From Hyphomonadaceae bacterium (GTDB lineage Bacteria; Pseudomonadota; Alphaproteobacteria; Caulobacterales; Hyphomonadaceae): 24,000 nt of DNA. The stretch is from the NCBI GenBank assembly GCA_965263325.1, contig CBDHGY010000002.1, forward strand, positions 2,495,606 to 2,519,605. The letters run 5' to 3'. The notes beneath the pieces are model-generated. The model did no database searches. It was not told the origin of the DNA and saw only the letters and a list, made by a program, of their open reading frames with translations. The position numbers were made by a program, and so were the translations under genes. Below, one piece after another: positions 1-8,156 of this stretch; within the stretch, counting starts at the first letter, position 1, and each line of letters begins with the position of its first letter.

Positions 1-1220
1 TTCACGAGGACGGTAAAGCCCAAAATGGCCAGCCCGAATGACCCAAGCAGACCCTTCAACCACATGATTACGCTGTAGAACGGCTTGGTCAGGAAGTAGA
101 ACATGCCCCAATCAATGGCGTCGTTGAAACGAGGAATGTCGAGCTCTTTTTCGTAAGCCCGCAAGGCTTCCAGGCGTTTTGAGCCAGCAAAGATGCGATT
201 GGTAACGGTTGTGCTTTCGCCGGGTTGTAGCGTGATGTTGGTGCGGCTCACATTAATTCGAGTGGCAGCTATTGAATTCGGTTTCTCGGGGACTGCAGCT
301 TTGTAGGTTGTTGATGCAGTGAATGCGAGATCCTGTTGAGGGATTAAGACCCCCATCCAGTATTTGTCTGTTAGTCCAATCCATCCGCCTTGAGTGGATG
401 TAAAAAATCCATTGGCATCAGAGCCCTTGATCGTTTTTTCATCAGCGAGAGCCTTGTATTTTCGAAGCTTCAGCTCATTGTTCAAAATGCCGATCTTTCC
501 CTCATGTGCCAGGAGTTCGCCATTCGGAAGCGCTTTTGGGTCTGTCGCAGGTAAGAAGTCCTGCTGTCGCCCAAAGCGATTAACCGATCCCCAGAAATCT
601 AAATCCAAATCGCCCGAAGATTTATTCGTCACAGTATCGACGAACGTGAACATGTAATTGTCGTCGAGCGAAATTTCGCGTTCGATTTTTATGTTCGAGT
701 TCTCGAATTCAATCACGACCGGCGATGATGGAGTCAGAGTTTCCGGAGAACCCCGGCGTACTTTCCAGTTTGCTTTGTCAGTACCAACCTTACCAATTTT
801 CTGGGTCTCGCGGTTCATTTCTGGCCAGGACCACCCATAGGCGGCATAATACCCATTCGGACCCGTCTCCGGGCGGAAGAGGTGGATGGACTCATCGCTA
901 TCCACCAGGATTTTTTCTTTATCGAGGGTCAAATTGTCGATCCGCGCCCCCTTCAAATTGATCGAACCGCTCACTTTCGGGCCATCGAAGGCAATGGCTT
1001 TGCGATCAGGGTCTGCCAGGGCTTCTTCGCGTGTTGCCGCGCGTTGAATGGTCTCGCGTTCCGGCTCAGGCGGCGCGTTGGCGATTTCTTCCTGACGCTG
1101 CGCTTCTGCAGCTTCGCGAGCTTTTGCCCGAGGGTCCACGATAAATGACTGATAAAGCCACAAAAAACCGACCATCAAAACGAGCGCTAAGATGAAATTC
1201 TTCTGATCTTCTTTTTCCAT
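1..1220 (-). CDS. yidC: Membrane protein insertase YidC (C-terminal part runs off the window)
   Basis: Absent from the ORF track because it is truncated by the window edge. My minus-strand translation from the ATG (rc of 1218-1220) reads MEKEDQKNFILALVLMVGFLWLYQSFIVDPRAKAREAAEAQRQEEIA... At the window edge it reads ...AIDWGMFYFLTKPFYSVIMWLKGLLGSFGLAILGFTVLVK, the conserved start of the YidC/Oxa1 core. It lies directly downstream of rpmH-rnpA, the canonical arrangement. Confidence 0.93.
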   Translation of the reverse strand, partial: MEKEDQKNFILALVLMVGFLWLYQSFIVDPRAKAREAAEAQRQEEIANAPPEPERETIQRAATREEALADPDRKAIAFDGPKVSGSINLKGARIDNLTLDKEKILVDSDESIHLFRPETGPNGYYAAYGWSWPEMNRETQKIGKVGTDKANWKVRRGSPETLTPSSPVVIEFENSNIKIEREISLDDNYMFTFVDTVTNKSSGDLDLDFWGSVNRFGRQQDFLPATDPKALPNGELLAHEGKIGILNNELKLRKYKALADEKTIKGSDANGFFTSTQGGWIGLTDKYWMGVLIPQQDLAFTASTTYKAAVPEKPNSIAATRINVSRTNITLQPGESTTVTNRIFAGSKRLEALRAYEKELDIPRFNDAIDWGMFYFLTKPFYSVIMWLKGLLGSFGLAILGFTVLV

Positions 1221-1277
1221 AAGGGAGCCGCTACTAGAGTTTGGTATGGGTTGGAATGGGTGCAATCGCCCGAAGCT

Positions 1278-1643
1278 TCAAGTCTTATGAGGCGTTTCGT
1301 TCAGGTCGCGGAGGCTTATCAGCGCATTTTCCATATCGTCAAGCAAGCGCTGCCAAACCGCTGTTGCCGTGTTTTGCCGGGCGATAAAGACGTAATCGGT
1401 GCCTGGGACACCGTATTTTGGTAGCAAGATGCGGGCAGCCTCCCGCAAGCGTCGTTTTGAGCGGCTTCGAATGGGCGCATTTCCAAGCTTCTTTGTCGCC
1501 GTAAACCCTTTGCCAATATGGCTTTTTCCGTCATTGCGAGCATTTGCCTGGATCACCAGCGTCTTGCGTCTTTCGGATTTGCCGCGCCGCACAAAAAGAA
1601 ACTGCGCCCGCTTTCGCAGACGCAGAATGTCGATATCACTCAT
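1278..1643 (-). CDS. rnpA: Ribonuclease P protein component
   Basis: 121-aa basic ORF (LRKRAQFLFVRRGKS..., GFTATKKLGNAPIRSRSKRRLREAAR). It has the typical RnpA size and RNR-like basic motif. It sits between rpmH and yidC. Confidence 0.9.
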   Translation of the reverse strand: MSDIDILRLRKRAQFLFVRRGKSERRKTLVIQANARNDGKSHIGKGFTATKKLGNAPIRSRSKRRLREAARILLPKYGVPGTDYVFIARQNTATAVWQRLLDDMENALISLRDLNETPHKT

Positions 1644-1655
1644 AAGAGCTAACGC

Positions 1656-1790
1656 TTATGCTGAGAGACGCTTGCGACCCTTTGCACGGCGGCGAGACAG
1701 CACCTTGCGTCCGTTCTTTGTCGCCATGCGAGAGCGGAAACCATGCGTTTTAGCGCGTTTTTTGCGGCTTGGCTGAAATGTACGTTTCAT
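1656..1790 (-). CDS. rpmH: 50S ribosomal protein L34
   Basis: Too short for the ORF track. The rc of 1656..1790 translates to [44 protein letters not shown], a textbook 44-aa L34 sequence. Confidence 0.95.
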
Positions 1791-1992
1791 CGGGCGAACT
1801 GCCTTACATATATACGGATTGTCCTGAAGCGCGGGCGTTACAGGTTTGAGCCCGTCGCGTCAAGGCAAATACGCTGCTTTGGAGCCTCTCATTAACATCA
1901 CGGGCCTTTGATCAGCCGGGATGTAGCGTGATGTGCGTTCGCCGCAAGCCATCGATATATAGGCTGAAGTTTCTAGACTTGAGAGGTAAGAG

Positions 1993-2784
1993 ATGATCCG
2001 GGCCCTGATACTCGCCGCAACTGCGCTCACTTTGCCAGTTTCGGCATCCATTGCTGAGGAAACCGCCATGGCGACAAGCACATCCGCCAAAACTGCCCAG
2101 CATGCCGTGTGGAGCACGCTTCTCGGGAAGTATGTCAAACCCGATGGCACAGGCATTAACCGCTTTGATTATGCGGCGCTAAAGGCCTCAGCGACGGATT
2201 CAGCTGCGCTGGACGCATATGTGTCGTCATTTGCGAGCATGGATATCAGCTCGATGAGTGAAGATGAGCAGTTTGCCGCTTGGGCCAATCTCTACAACGC
2301 GCTTACGATACAGCACATTATTGGGCGCTACCCGGTTAAATCCATCCGGTCGGGATATTTCGTCGGGCCGTGGAAAGACGTCAAAACCGTCGCCGATGGC
2401 AAGAAAGTCTCCCTGGACGATATCGAACACAACATTCTGCGCAAAGAATGGGATGAACCGCGGGTTCACTACGCCGTTAACTGTGCCTCTTATGGATGTC
2501 CAAACCTGCTCGAAACGGCACTTGAGGCCGATACGCTGGACGAACAATTGGATCTTGGCGCGCGCGCTTACATCAATCATCCGCGCGGGGTGACCATCCG
2601 CAAGAATGGTACGCTCCAGGTTTCAACAATTTATAAGTGGTTCCAGGAAGATTTCGGCGGCTCGAAAGACGGTGTCGTCGCCCACTTGCTGGAATACGCG
2701 GAGCCGGAGCTAGCAGCGCAGATCCGCGCGAAACCGAAGATCACCAAGTACGAATATGATTGGTCGTTGAACGACATTGAGTAA
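1993..2784 (+). CDS. Secreted DUF547 domain protein
   Basis: 263-aa ORF with an N-terminal signal peptide (MIRALILAATALTLPVSASIA). The core reads WANLYNALTIQHII...VSLDDIEHNILRKEWDEPRVHYAVNCASYGCPNL, the conserved DUF547 signature including its C-x4-C pair. A GAGAGG RBS lies upstream of the ATG. Confidence 0.85.
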   Translation: MIRALILAATALTLPVSASIAEETAMATSTSAKTAQHAVWSTLLGKYVKPDGTGINRFDYAALKASATDSAALDAYVSSFASMDISSMSEDEQFAAWANLYNALTIQHIIGRYPVKSIRSGYFVGPWKDVKTVADGKKVSLDDIEHNILRKEWDEPRVHYAVNCASYGCPNLLETALEADTLDEQLDLGARAYINHPRGVTIRKNGTLQVSTIYKWFQEDFGGSKDGVVAHLLEYAEPELAAQIRAKPKITKYEYDWSLNDIE

Positions 2785-2823
2785 GACTGGAACAAACCCG
2801 GCAATCTAAGCGAGAAGACAAAG

Positions 2824-3558
2824 ATGAGTGAAGATACGAAAGCCCCGCGCCCGCTGTTGGTGCGCCTATGGCCGCTTTATGTGATTGCGGGCGGCCTTGG
2901 CGCGGCCTGGTTCTTTGGGCTGTTTGAGTATCTCACACCGGAAGGTTTGAGCGCGCAACAGAAGGCGCTGACGGGATTTGTCTCTGATAATTTCATGCTG
3001 GCCGTAATAACTTACGTAGTAGTTTATGCCATCGCTACATTAATCATGATGCCCGGTGCACTTTGGATCACCATTGCCGGTGGACTGATGTTTGGATTGA
3101 TTGGTGGTACGATCGTCACAGTTATCGGCGCAACGATAGGAGCAAGCCTTCTTTTCTTTGCAGCAAAGTCTTCTCTTGGTAGCAGGCTTCGAAAGCTCGC
3201 TGGATCATACGCAGAAAAGGCAAGTGAAGAATTTAATTCCTCGCCCTTATCCTACATGTTTGCGATGCGCTTTGTTCCGGCGATGCCGTTCCCCATAGCA
3301 AATATTGTTCCAGCAATTCTAGGAGCAAAGTACCGGGATTATCTTGTTTCTACGGCAATTGGAATTATTCCTGGGGCGGCCGCGTATACCTTTGTTGGTA
3401 CTACGCTTGAAAAGGCGGCGTCTGAGCAAACATCGCCCGGTGACATGTTTTGGATGTTTCTCCCCGTCGCGCTTGTCTTGCTTGCACTGTCGATTCTCCC
3501 AATCGCCTACAAAAAATTCTTCGCCAAGAAACCGGCAGAGATCGAAGGAACAGCTTAA
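2824..3558 (+). CDS. DedA / TVP38-TMEM64 (SNARE-associated) family inner-membrane protein
   Basis: 244-aa polytopic membrane ORF. Hydrophobic segments and motifs (LMPGALWITIAGGLMFG, RFVPAMPFPIANIVPAILGAKYRDYL, GIIPGAAAYTFVG) are typical of TVP38/DedA proteins. Confidence 0.85.
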   Translation: MSEDTKAPRPLLVRLWPLYVIAGGLGAAWFFGLFEYLTPEGLSAQQKALTGFVSDNFMLAVITYVVVYAIATLIMMPGALWITIAGGLMFGLIGGTIVTVIGATIGASLLFFAAKSSLGSRLRKLAGSYAEKASEEFNSSPLSYMFAMRFVPAMPFPIANIVPAILGAKYRDYLVSTAIGIIPGAAAYTFVGTTLEKAASEQTSPGDMFWMFLPVALVLLALSILPIAYKKFFAKKPAEIEGTA

Positions 3559-3561
3559 GTC

Positions 3562-4989
3562 ATGTCTAAGAAAAAACTAAAAGCCGACATCGTGGTGATC
3601 GGCGGAGGATCGGCTGGTCTGTCTACAGCAGCCGGGGCAGCTATGCTCGACCTGAATGTTGTCCTGTTTGAAAAAGGTGAGATGGGCGGGGACTGTCTGA
3701 ACTATGGCTGCGTACCATCAAAAGCGCTGCTCAACGCAGCGAAGTATGCGCAGTCCATTCGCGAAGCGAGCAAGTATGGCGTTAGCGCTGGTGAGCCCGT
3801 CGTCGATTGGCAAGCGGTCAAAGCACATGTTCAAAAAGCCATCGATACGATTGCGCCGGTTGATAGCCAGGAACGGTTCGAAGGTCTCGGCTGTACGGTT
3901 ATTCGTGAGCATGCGCGCTTCAAGGATGCAAACACGATTGAATCTGGTAGCGTTGAAGTCAAAGCAAAGCGGATCATCATTGCGACAGGATCAACGGCCT
4001 TCATTCCGCCTATTCCCGGGCTAAGCGACACACCTTTTGTCACAAATGAAGAAATCTTCCATCTCCCGGAATTGCCGAAGCATCTGCTCATCCTTGGGGG
4101 CGGACCGATCGGTATGGAAATGGCGCAGGCGTTTCGCCGCTTTGGATCAGATGTGACCGTGATCGAGATGGGCAAAGTGATGGGCCGTTCGGATCCAGAT
4201 CATGTGGCTGTTGCCGCCGGCCAGCTTGAGCGAGAAGGTGTCAACATTCTCGAAGGTCACAAGGCGACGATGATCTCGCAAATCGATGGCGCGATCACAG
4301 TCGATATGGAAACAGAAGCTGGTCATAAGAGCGTCACGGGATCGCACTTGCTTGTCGCGGTTGGAAGAAAAGCTGCCATCAGCGAATTGAATCTGGAAGC
4401 CGGGAAGGTCGACCATGATGGTCGCCACATTTCGGTGGGCCAAACGCTGCGCTCAAGGTCAAACAAAAAGGTCTGGGCGCTTGGCGATGTCGCTGGTCTT
4501 GGCCAGTTCACCCATCAGGCGGGCTGGCATGCCAGCGTGTTCACGCGCCGGGCGTTGTTCAAGCAGCGCACGAAAGCTGATAGCCTGCCGCCGCCTGCCG
4601 TAACTTACACCTCGCCAGAAGTGGCGCAGCTTGGTCTCACGGAAGCCGAGGCGCGCGCTCAATTTGGCGATGCGGTCAAGACAACCTCCTTCCCGTTCCA
4701 TGAGAATGACCGCGCGATTGCTGAAGGCAAAACACTTGGCGAGGCGAAGATCATTGTGAAGGGATCAAAAATACTCGGCGCGCATGTAGTTGGCGAAGGT
4801 GCGGGCGACATCATTCAGCTCGTGTCTGTCGCGATGTCGAACAATCTGAAACTGACGGCGCTGACGAATTTCATCTCACCTTATCCAACCCGCGCAGAAG
4901 TCGTGAAACGGGCCGCCAGCGCCCATTACACGCCGGTTGTCTTCGGCTCGAAGATGAAACGGCTTGTCAGTATTCTGAAGCGGTTTTAG
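3562..4989 (+). CDS. Class I pyridine nucleotide-disulfide oxidoreductase (dihydrolipoyl dehydrogenase / mercuric-reductase-like FAD flavoprotein)
   Basis: 475-aa ORF with three diagnostic regions. The FAD Rossmann motif is DIVVIGGGSAGLSTA. The redox-active disulfide motif is GGDCLNYGCVPSK. The NAD(P)H motif is LLILGGGPIGMEMAQ, followed by a C-terminal dimerisation region. The ATG starts 3 nt after the DedA stop and has a GAAGGAA RBS. Confidence 0.9.
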   Translation: MSKKKLKADIVVIGGGSAGLSTAAGAAMLDLNVVLFEKGEMGGDCLNYGCVPSKALLNAAKYAQSIREASKYGVSAGEPVVDWQAVKAHVQKAIDTIAPVDSQERFEGLGCTVIREHARFKDANTIESGSVEVKAKRIIIATGSTAFIPPIPGLSDTPFVTNEEIFHLPELPKHLLILGGGPIGMEMAQAFRRFGSDVTVIEMGKVMGRSDPDHVAVAAGQLEREGVNILEGHKATMISQIDGAITVDMETEAGHKSVTGSHLLVAVGRKAAISELNLEAGKVDHDGRHISVGQTLRSRSNKKVWALGDVAGLGQFTHQAGWHASVFTRRALFKQRTKADSLPPPAVTYTSPEVAQLGLTEAEARAQFGDAVKTTSFPFHENDRAIAEGKTLGEAKIIVKGSKILGAHVVGEGAGDIIQLVSVAMSNNLKLTALTNFISPYPTRAEVVKRAASAHYTPVVFGSKMKRLVSILKRF

Positions 4990-5000
4990 AGGGCGCAGCC

Positions 5001-7892
5001 TCAGCCAAGAGTGCGCAGCTCATCCAGCCGCTCGCGCAGATCCTTGAGGTCGCGGTCGCGGCGGTGATAGCCGGTTTCCTGAACACCCGCGAACGCATCT
5101 TTGTGGTGCGCCTCGGCCGTATCGAGCAGCTGTTTTTCCTCCGCCGTGAGCGGGTCGGTTCGCCAGACCGCTGCCGGGGCAGGGGCGGATTTGCCGCCGA
5201 AGATACGCGCGAGGATGGACCGTTTGGCGGGCTCAGCCCCGGGCGGCAGCGGACGTACCGGTTCCGGCCAGGGATCATCTGGGGCAGGCTGGCCATCGAC
5301 CAGCGGAACAAGCGCCTCAGGCGGCGCGCCGGGAATTTGAGCGAGGCATAGCCGCGCCGATTCCAGGTGCCAGTCGATGAGGAACAGCCCCATGCTGCCG
5401 CGTGAGGCGATATCATGGGTCTCGGCGAGATCGTCGGCAGCGGTTTTGAGGTTCGTTGCATCGCCGCCGCACTCAAAGGCCTGGCGGTGGAATTCAGCCC
5501 GGGCGAGGAGGCCCTGAGCGAGATAGATATCCTGGCTCGCCGCGCGCAGGGCCGTGACCGCCACGTCTAGGCGCGGGCCAGCAGCCCCGGCCGCCTCGGC
5601 GTCGCCATGCGCGGCGCGCAGAGCAAGCGCGCGGCCGTCGGCGAGCGCGAGGGTGCCGCGAGCCAACATTGAAACGCCGGCCACTTGTTTTTGGATTTCA
5701 TCTTCCCAAGCCGCCCGCTCCTGCACCGCCTGCGCTGCGCCGCGCGCCAGCAGGAGGTCGCAATAGAGGTAGCCTTGCAGTGAATAAAGGCGCAGAAACT
5801 GTGGCTCTTGCTTCGCTTGGCGGGCCTCGGCTTCGGCGAACAGGGCGGCGGCGGCTGGCTCTTGCCCGGCCTCGGCGAGGACGTTGGCCAAGGAGGCGCG
5901 GTTCACCATCATCTGGAAGCCATCGCCGGAGCGATCGGCATAGGCGACGGCCTCTTCGCCTGCCTCCACGCCTGCGGCGACCCGGCCGATGGCGCGGCGC
6001 AGTTCTGAGAGATTGGCTCCTTCAATCGCTGCAAATTTCCAATTTCCGGCATCGACGTGCATCTTTATGGTCTCGGCAAGCGGTGCTTCCGCCTCGGTGA
6101 GCCGGCCCAGTGCGCGTAGGGCGAAGGCGGCGAATCCCAGCGCCACGGAGCGGACGGGTGCGGTGAGCGCCTCGTTCGGTGCACCCCAGGGCGGATCGAA
6201 AAAATGCGCCAGTGCGCCGAGATTTGCCGCATAGGCTCCAAGGTGTTTGTTGATGTACGCTTGGTTCCCCCGTCGCACACGCCGGGCGTAGACCTCATAC
6301 CACGCCTCTTGCAGCCGCCCCGCCTTGCAGCCATGATTGATCGCATGGAAAAGTGGTTGCATCTCGGCGAGTGTGTCCGGCAACTCCTTCTCCGGAACGG
6401 CCTGATAGTGCCGGTACAGCCGCTCATGCGCCGCGCGCCAGGAATCCGGGCTGGTCTGCTGGAGGGCTTTGCCGAAATGGCTGCGCACGACGGGGTGGGC
6501 GTCAAGTGCGTCCGGATCGGCTTCATCTTCTGAGCCGAGCAGTTTCAGTTCCCGCAAACGGGATTTGGCGGTTCTGAGGCGCTTATCTCTCTGCGCAAGA
6601 GATGCAGCGTGCCATTCATCTGTCAGCCCCGGGATCGGCTCACCCTCTAGCAGGGCGCGCACCGCCCCGCCATCAGCCGGGCGGTCAAACAAGCCCACGA
6701 TAGAGAGCAACATGCGCTCTACTTCGCCCCGGCCATTGCTTTCGGTTTGCAGCGCTTCGAACCGGGCGATATAGCCCGCCATGATTGCGCCCGCCCGCTT
6801 GGCGAGCCGCGCGGTCTGCTCTGAGGCGGCCAGCTCTTCTTCTGTGTCTATTATATCCTGAAGGCCGAGATGGTCGCGCCGGGCAATGTCACCTGCTTCC
6901 ACCGCGTCGATATACGTGCCGAGCAGGGTCACCGATAGGGCGTGGCCCTGCACTTCCTCGACCGCTTTTTGCATGTCGTCTTTCGCGCCCCAGCAGCCTA
7001 GATGGCGCAACAGGTGCGCGCCCGCGCGGGGGCTGAGACTGTCGAGTGCGCGGGAGCGGACATCGGGCTCGCTGCGGTTTTCAAGCTCCGGCAAGTGCTG
7101 GCGCGAGGTAATGACGACAAGACCCGGATGGCCGAGGGCAAGATCCTGAATCAGGCGCTGGAGGCCTTTGTCCTTCAGGCGGCCCTTGTTCACATCCGGC
7201 AGCGATTGCAGCGGCTCGATCCCGTCCAACAGGAGCAGGGTTCGGGTCTCTTTCAGCCGCGCGGCAAGCAGGCGCGCGCGGGCGATGGCATCGCCTGGCA
7301 GCTCTCCGAGCTCGCCCATGAACCGCAAGGCCTCGATGATGAAGTTTTCAGAGTCAGCGTTGCGGTTCTCGCCGGAACCCTGCGAATAGGCTGACCAGCC
7401 GAGGACTTTCTCGGCGTGGGGGAAATCTGTCTCGGCCAGCCGGTCAACCAGGCGCCGCATCAGCGCAGTTTTGCCCGCTCCGCCAATCGCATGCAGCACG
7501 AGGATGTTGGTCTTGGCGTCGTCGTCCGCCTCCGGCGCGCACGAGGCCCACGCATCCAGCAACAGGCTTTCTTCCGTATCGCGCCCGGTGAGGAATCCAG
7601 ATCCGGAGGTGAGAACAGCGGGGAGGCTGACCCTCTGCTGGGCCAGCAATGCCTCGGTTGGCGGGCGCGGTGCCAGTTTCTTTCGGAGCGCGCGGCGTTC
7701 CTCGGCGTCTGAGACCTGTTTCAGCCGCGTCTCGATCTGAGCAACGAGAACGGCCACGTCCCAGTCGACCCGGTTCAAGCGATAGGTGAGCCCTTGCAGC
7801 TCCTCGGTGAAGTCATCAGGCCCGATATCCTCAAGGCCAACGGGTAACAGTTTCGATTTACCCGACGCATATGTCGCCTCATAGCGGCACAT
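5001..7892 (-). CDS. STAND NTPase (NB-ARC/APAF-1-like P-loop) with C-terminal TPR-like helical repeats; its first ~45 aa look like the C-terminal half of a TIR domain
   Basis: 963-aa ORF. NB-ARC-type motifs, in order:
- Pre-P-loop FLTGRDTEESLLLDAW.
- Walker A HAIGGAGKTAL (GGAGKT is the rc of 7467..7484, checked by hand).
- Walker B TLLLLDGIEP (about 7215..7238).
- RNBS-B-like LVVITSRQ.
- GxP-like VQGHALSVTLLG.
- MHD-like LDAHPVVRSHF.

About 450 aa of Ala/Leu-rich TPR-like repeats follow. The N-terminus (MCRYEATYASGKSKLLPVGLEDIGPDDFTEELQGLTYRLN) matches the distal part of TIR_2-type domains. Confidence 0.85.
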   Translation of the reverse strand: MCRYEATYASGKSKLLPVGLEDIGPDDFTEELQGLTYRLNRVDWDVAVLVAQIETRLKQVSDAEERRALRKKLAPRPPTEALLAQQRVSLPAVLTSGSGFLTGRDTEESLLLDAWASCAPEADDDAKTNILVLHAIGGAGKTALMRRLVDRLAETDFPHAEKVLGWSAYSQGSGENRNADSENFIIEALRFMGELGELPGDAIARARLLAARLKETRTLLLLDGIEPLQSLPDVNKGRLKDKGLQRLIQDLALGHPGLVVITSRQHLPELENRSEPDVRSRALDSLSPRAGAHLLRHLGCWGAKDDMQKAVEEVQGHALSVTLLGTYIDAVEAGDIARRDHLGLQDIIDTEEELAASEQTARLAKRAGAIMAGYIARFEALQTESNGRGEVERMLLSIVGLFDRPADGGAVRALLEGEPIPGLTDEWHAASLAQRDKRLRTAKSRLRELKLLGSEDEADPDALDAHPVVRSHFGKALQQTSPDSWRAAHERLYRHYQAVPEKELPDTLAEMQPLFHAINHGCKAGRLQEAWYEVYARRVRRGNQAYINKHLGAYAANLGALAHFFDPPWGAPNEALTAPVRSVALGFAAFALRALGRLTEAEAPLAETIKMHVDAGNWKFAAIEGANLSELRRAIGRVAAGVEAGEEAVAYADRSGDGFQMMVNRASLANVLAEAGQEPAAAALFAEAEARQAKQEPQFLRLYSLQGYLYCDLLLARGAAQAVQERAAWEDEIQKQVAGVSMLARGTLALADGRALALRAAHGDAEAAGAAGPRLDVAVTALRAASQDIYLAQGLLARAEFHRQAFECGGDATNLKTAADDLAETHDIASRGSMGLFLIDWHLESARLCLAQIPGAPPEALVPLVDGQPAPDDPWPEPVRPLPPGAEPAKRSILARIFGGKSAPAPAAVWRTDPLTAEEKQLLDTAEAHHKDAFAGVQETGYHRRDRDLKDLRERLDELRTLG

Positions 7893-7898
7893 GGGACG

Positions 7899-8156
7899 TC
7901 AGAGCGCCGTTTTCGACCAGAGGGCCACGATGATGGCGGCCTCTTCCATCTTGCGGGTGATGGCACCGTGCCAGTCTGTGCCGGAATCGTCCATCAGCTC
8001 CTTGTCATACCAGACGGACATGTCTGCAGCCTCAAGGGCCGCAGCAAGTTCGGCCGCATAGCCGAACTGCGTTTCGTCTTTATGGGCGTATGATATGAAC
8101 ACGTCGAACGGTTCGATTGTATCCATCTCATCCTTTTGAGAAACACCCTCGGCCAT
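7899..8156 (-). CDS. TIR domain protein fragment (N-terminal half of a TIR domain, ended by an in-frame TGA)
   Basis: The ORF track gives 7899..8234. I prefer the internal ATG at 8154-8156 (MAEGVSQKDEMDTIEPFDVFISYAHKDE...) because AAGGGGA lies about 6 nt upstream. TIR betaA motif: FDVFISYAHKDE. Then VWYDKELMDDSGTDWHGAITRKMEEAAIIVALWSKTAL*. The domain is cut where the S-x-W/M-C-x-x-E helix should follow. Confidence 0.75.
   Translation of the reverse strand: MAEGVSQKDEMDTIEPFDVFISYAHKDETQFGYAAELAAALEAADMSVWYDKELMDDSGTDWHGAITRKMEEAAIIVALWSKTAL

Larger units (their letters stand above)
5001..8156 (-). pseudogene. Alternative reading of the two ORFs above: one TIR-NB-ARC-TPR gene interrupted by a single in-frame TGA (7899..7901)
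   Basis: The rc of 7861..7920 reads ...TGG TCG AAA ACG GCG CTC TGA CGT CCC ATG TGC CGC TAT GAG GCG... Both ORFs are therefore in the same frame, separated only by TGA-Arg-Pro. The joined peptide ...IIVALWSKTAL*RPMCRYEATYA...LLPVGLEDI reads as one continuous TIR domain. I see no Shine-Dalgarno-like sequence before the ATG at 7892. Confidence 0.5.

Noticed and set aside
394-1148. Plus-strand ORFs 394..657, 658..840, 725..961 and 882..1148
   Set aside because: All are antisense to the well-supported yidC reading frame and lack motifs.
1221-1277. Looked for yidD (membrane protein insertion efficiency factor), often found between rnpA and yidC
   Set aside because: The gap is only 57 nt with no ORF, so yidD is not at this position in this genome.
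5064-7740. Many long plus-strand and off-frame ORFs (for example 5669..6100, 7002..7394, 6065..6526) overlapping the STAND gene
   Set aside because: Their translations are Arg/Ala/Pro/Gly-rich low-complexity sequences with no motifs. Such stop-free alternative frames are the expected artefact of very GC-rich coding DNA. The minus-strand 963-aa frame carries an ordered set of NB-ARC motifs.
7899-7901. Reading the in-frame TGA as selenocysteine
   Set aside because: I see no convincing SECIS-type hairpin immediately downstream, only a 4-bp CGAC/GTCG pairing. The aligned TIR position is not a catalytic Cys site. No selenoprotein context is evident. A nonsense mutation or sequencing error is more parsimonious.
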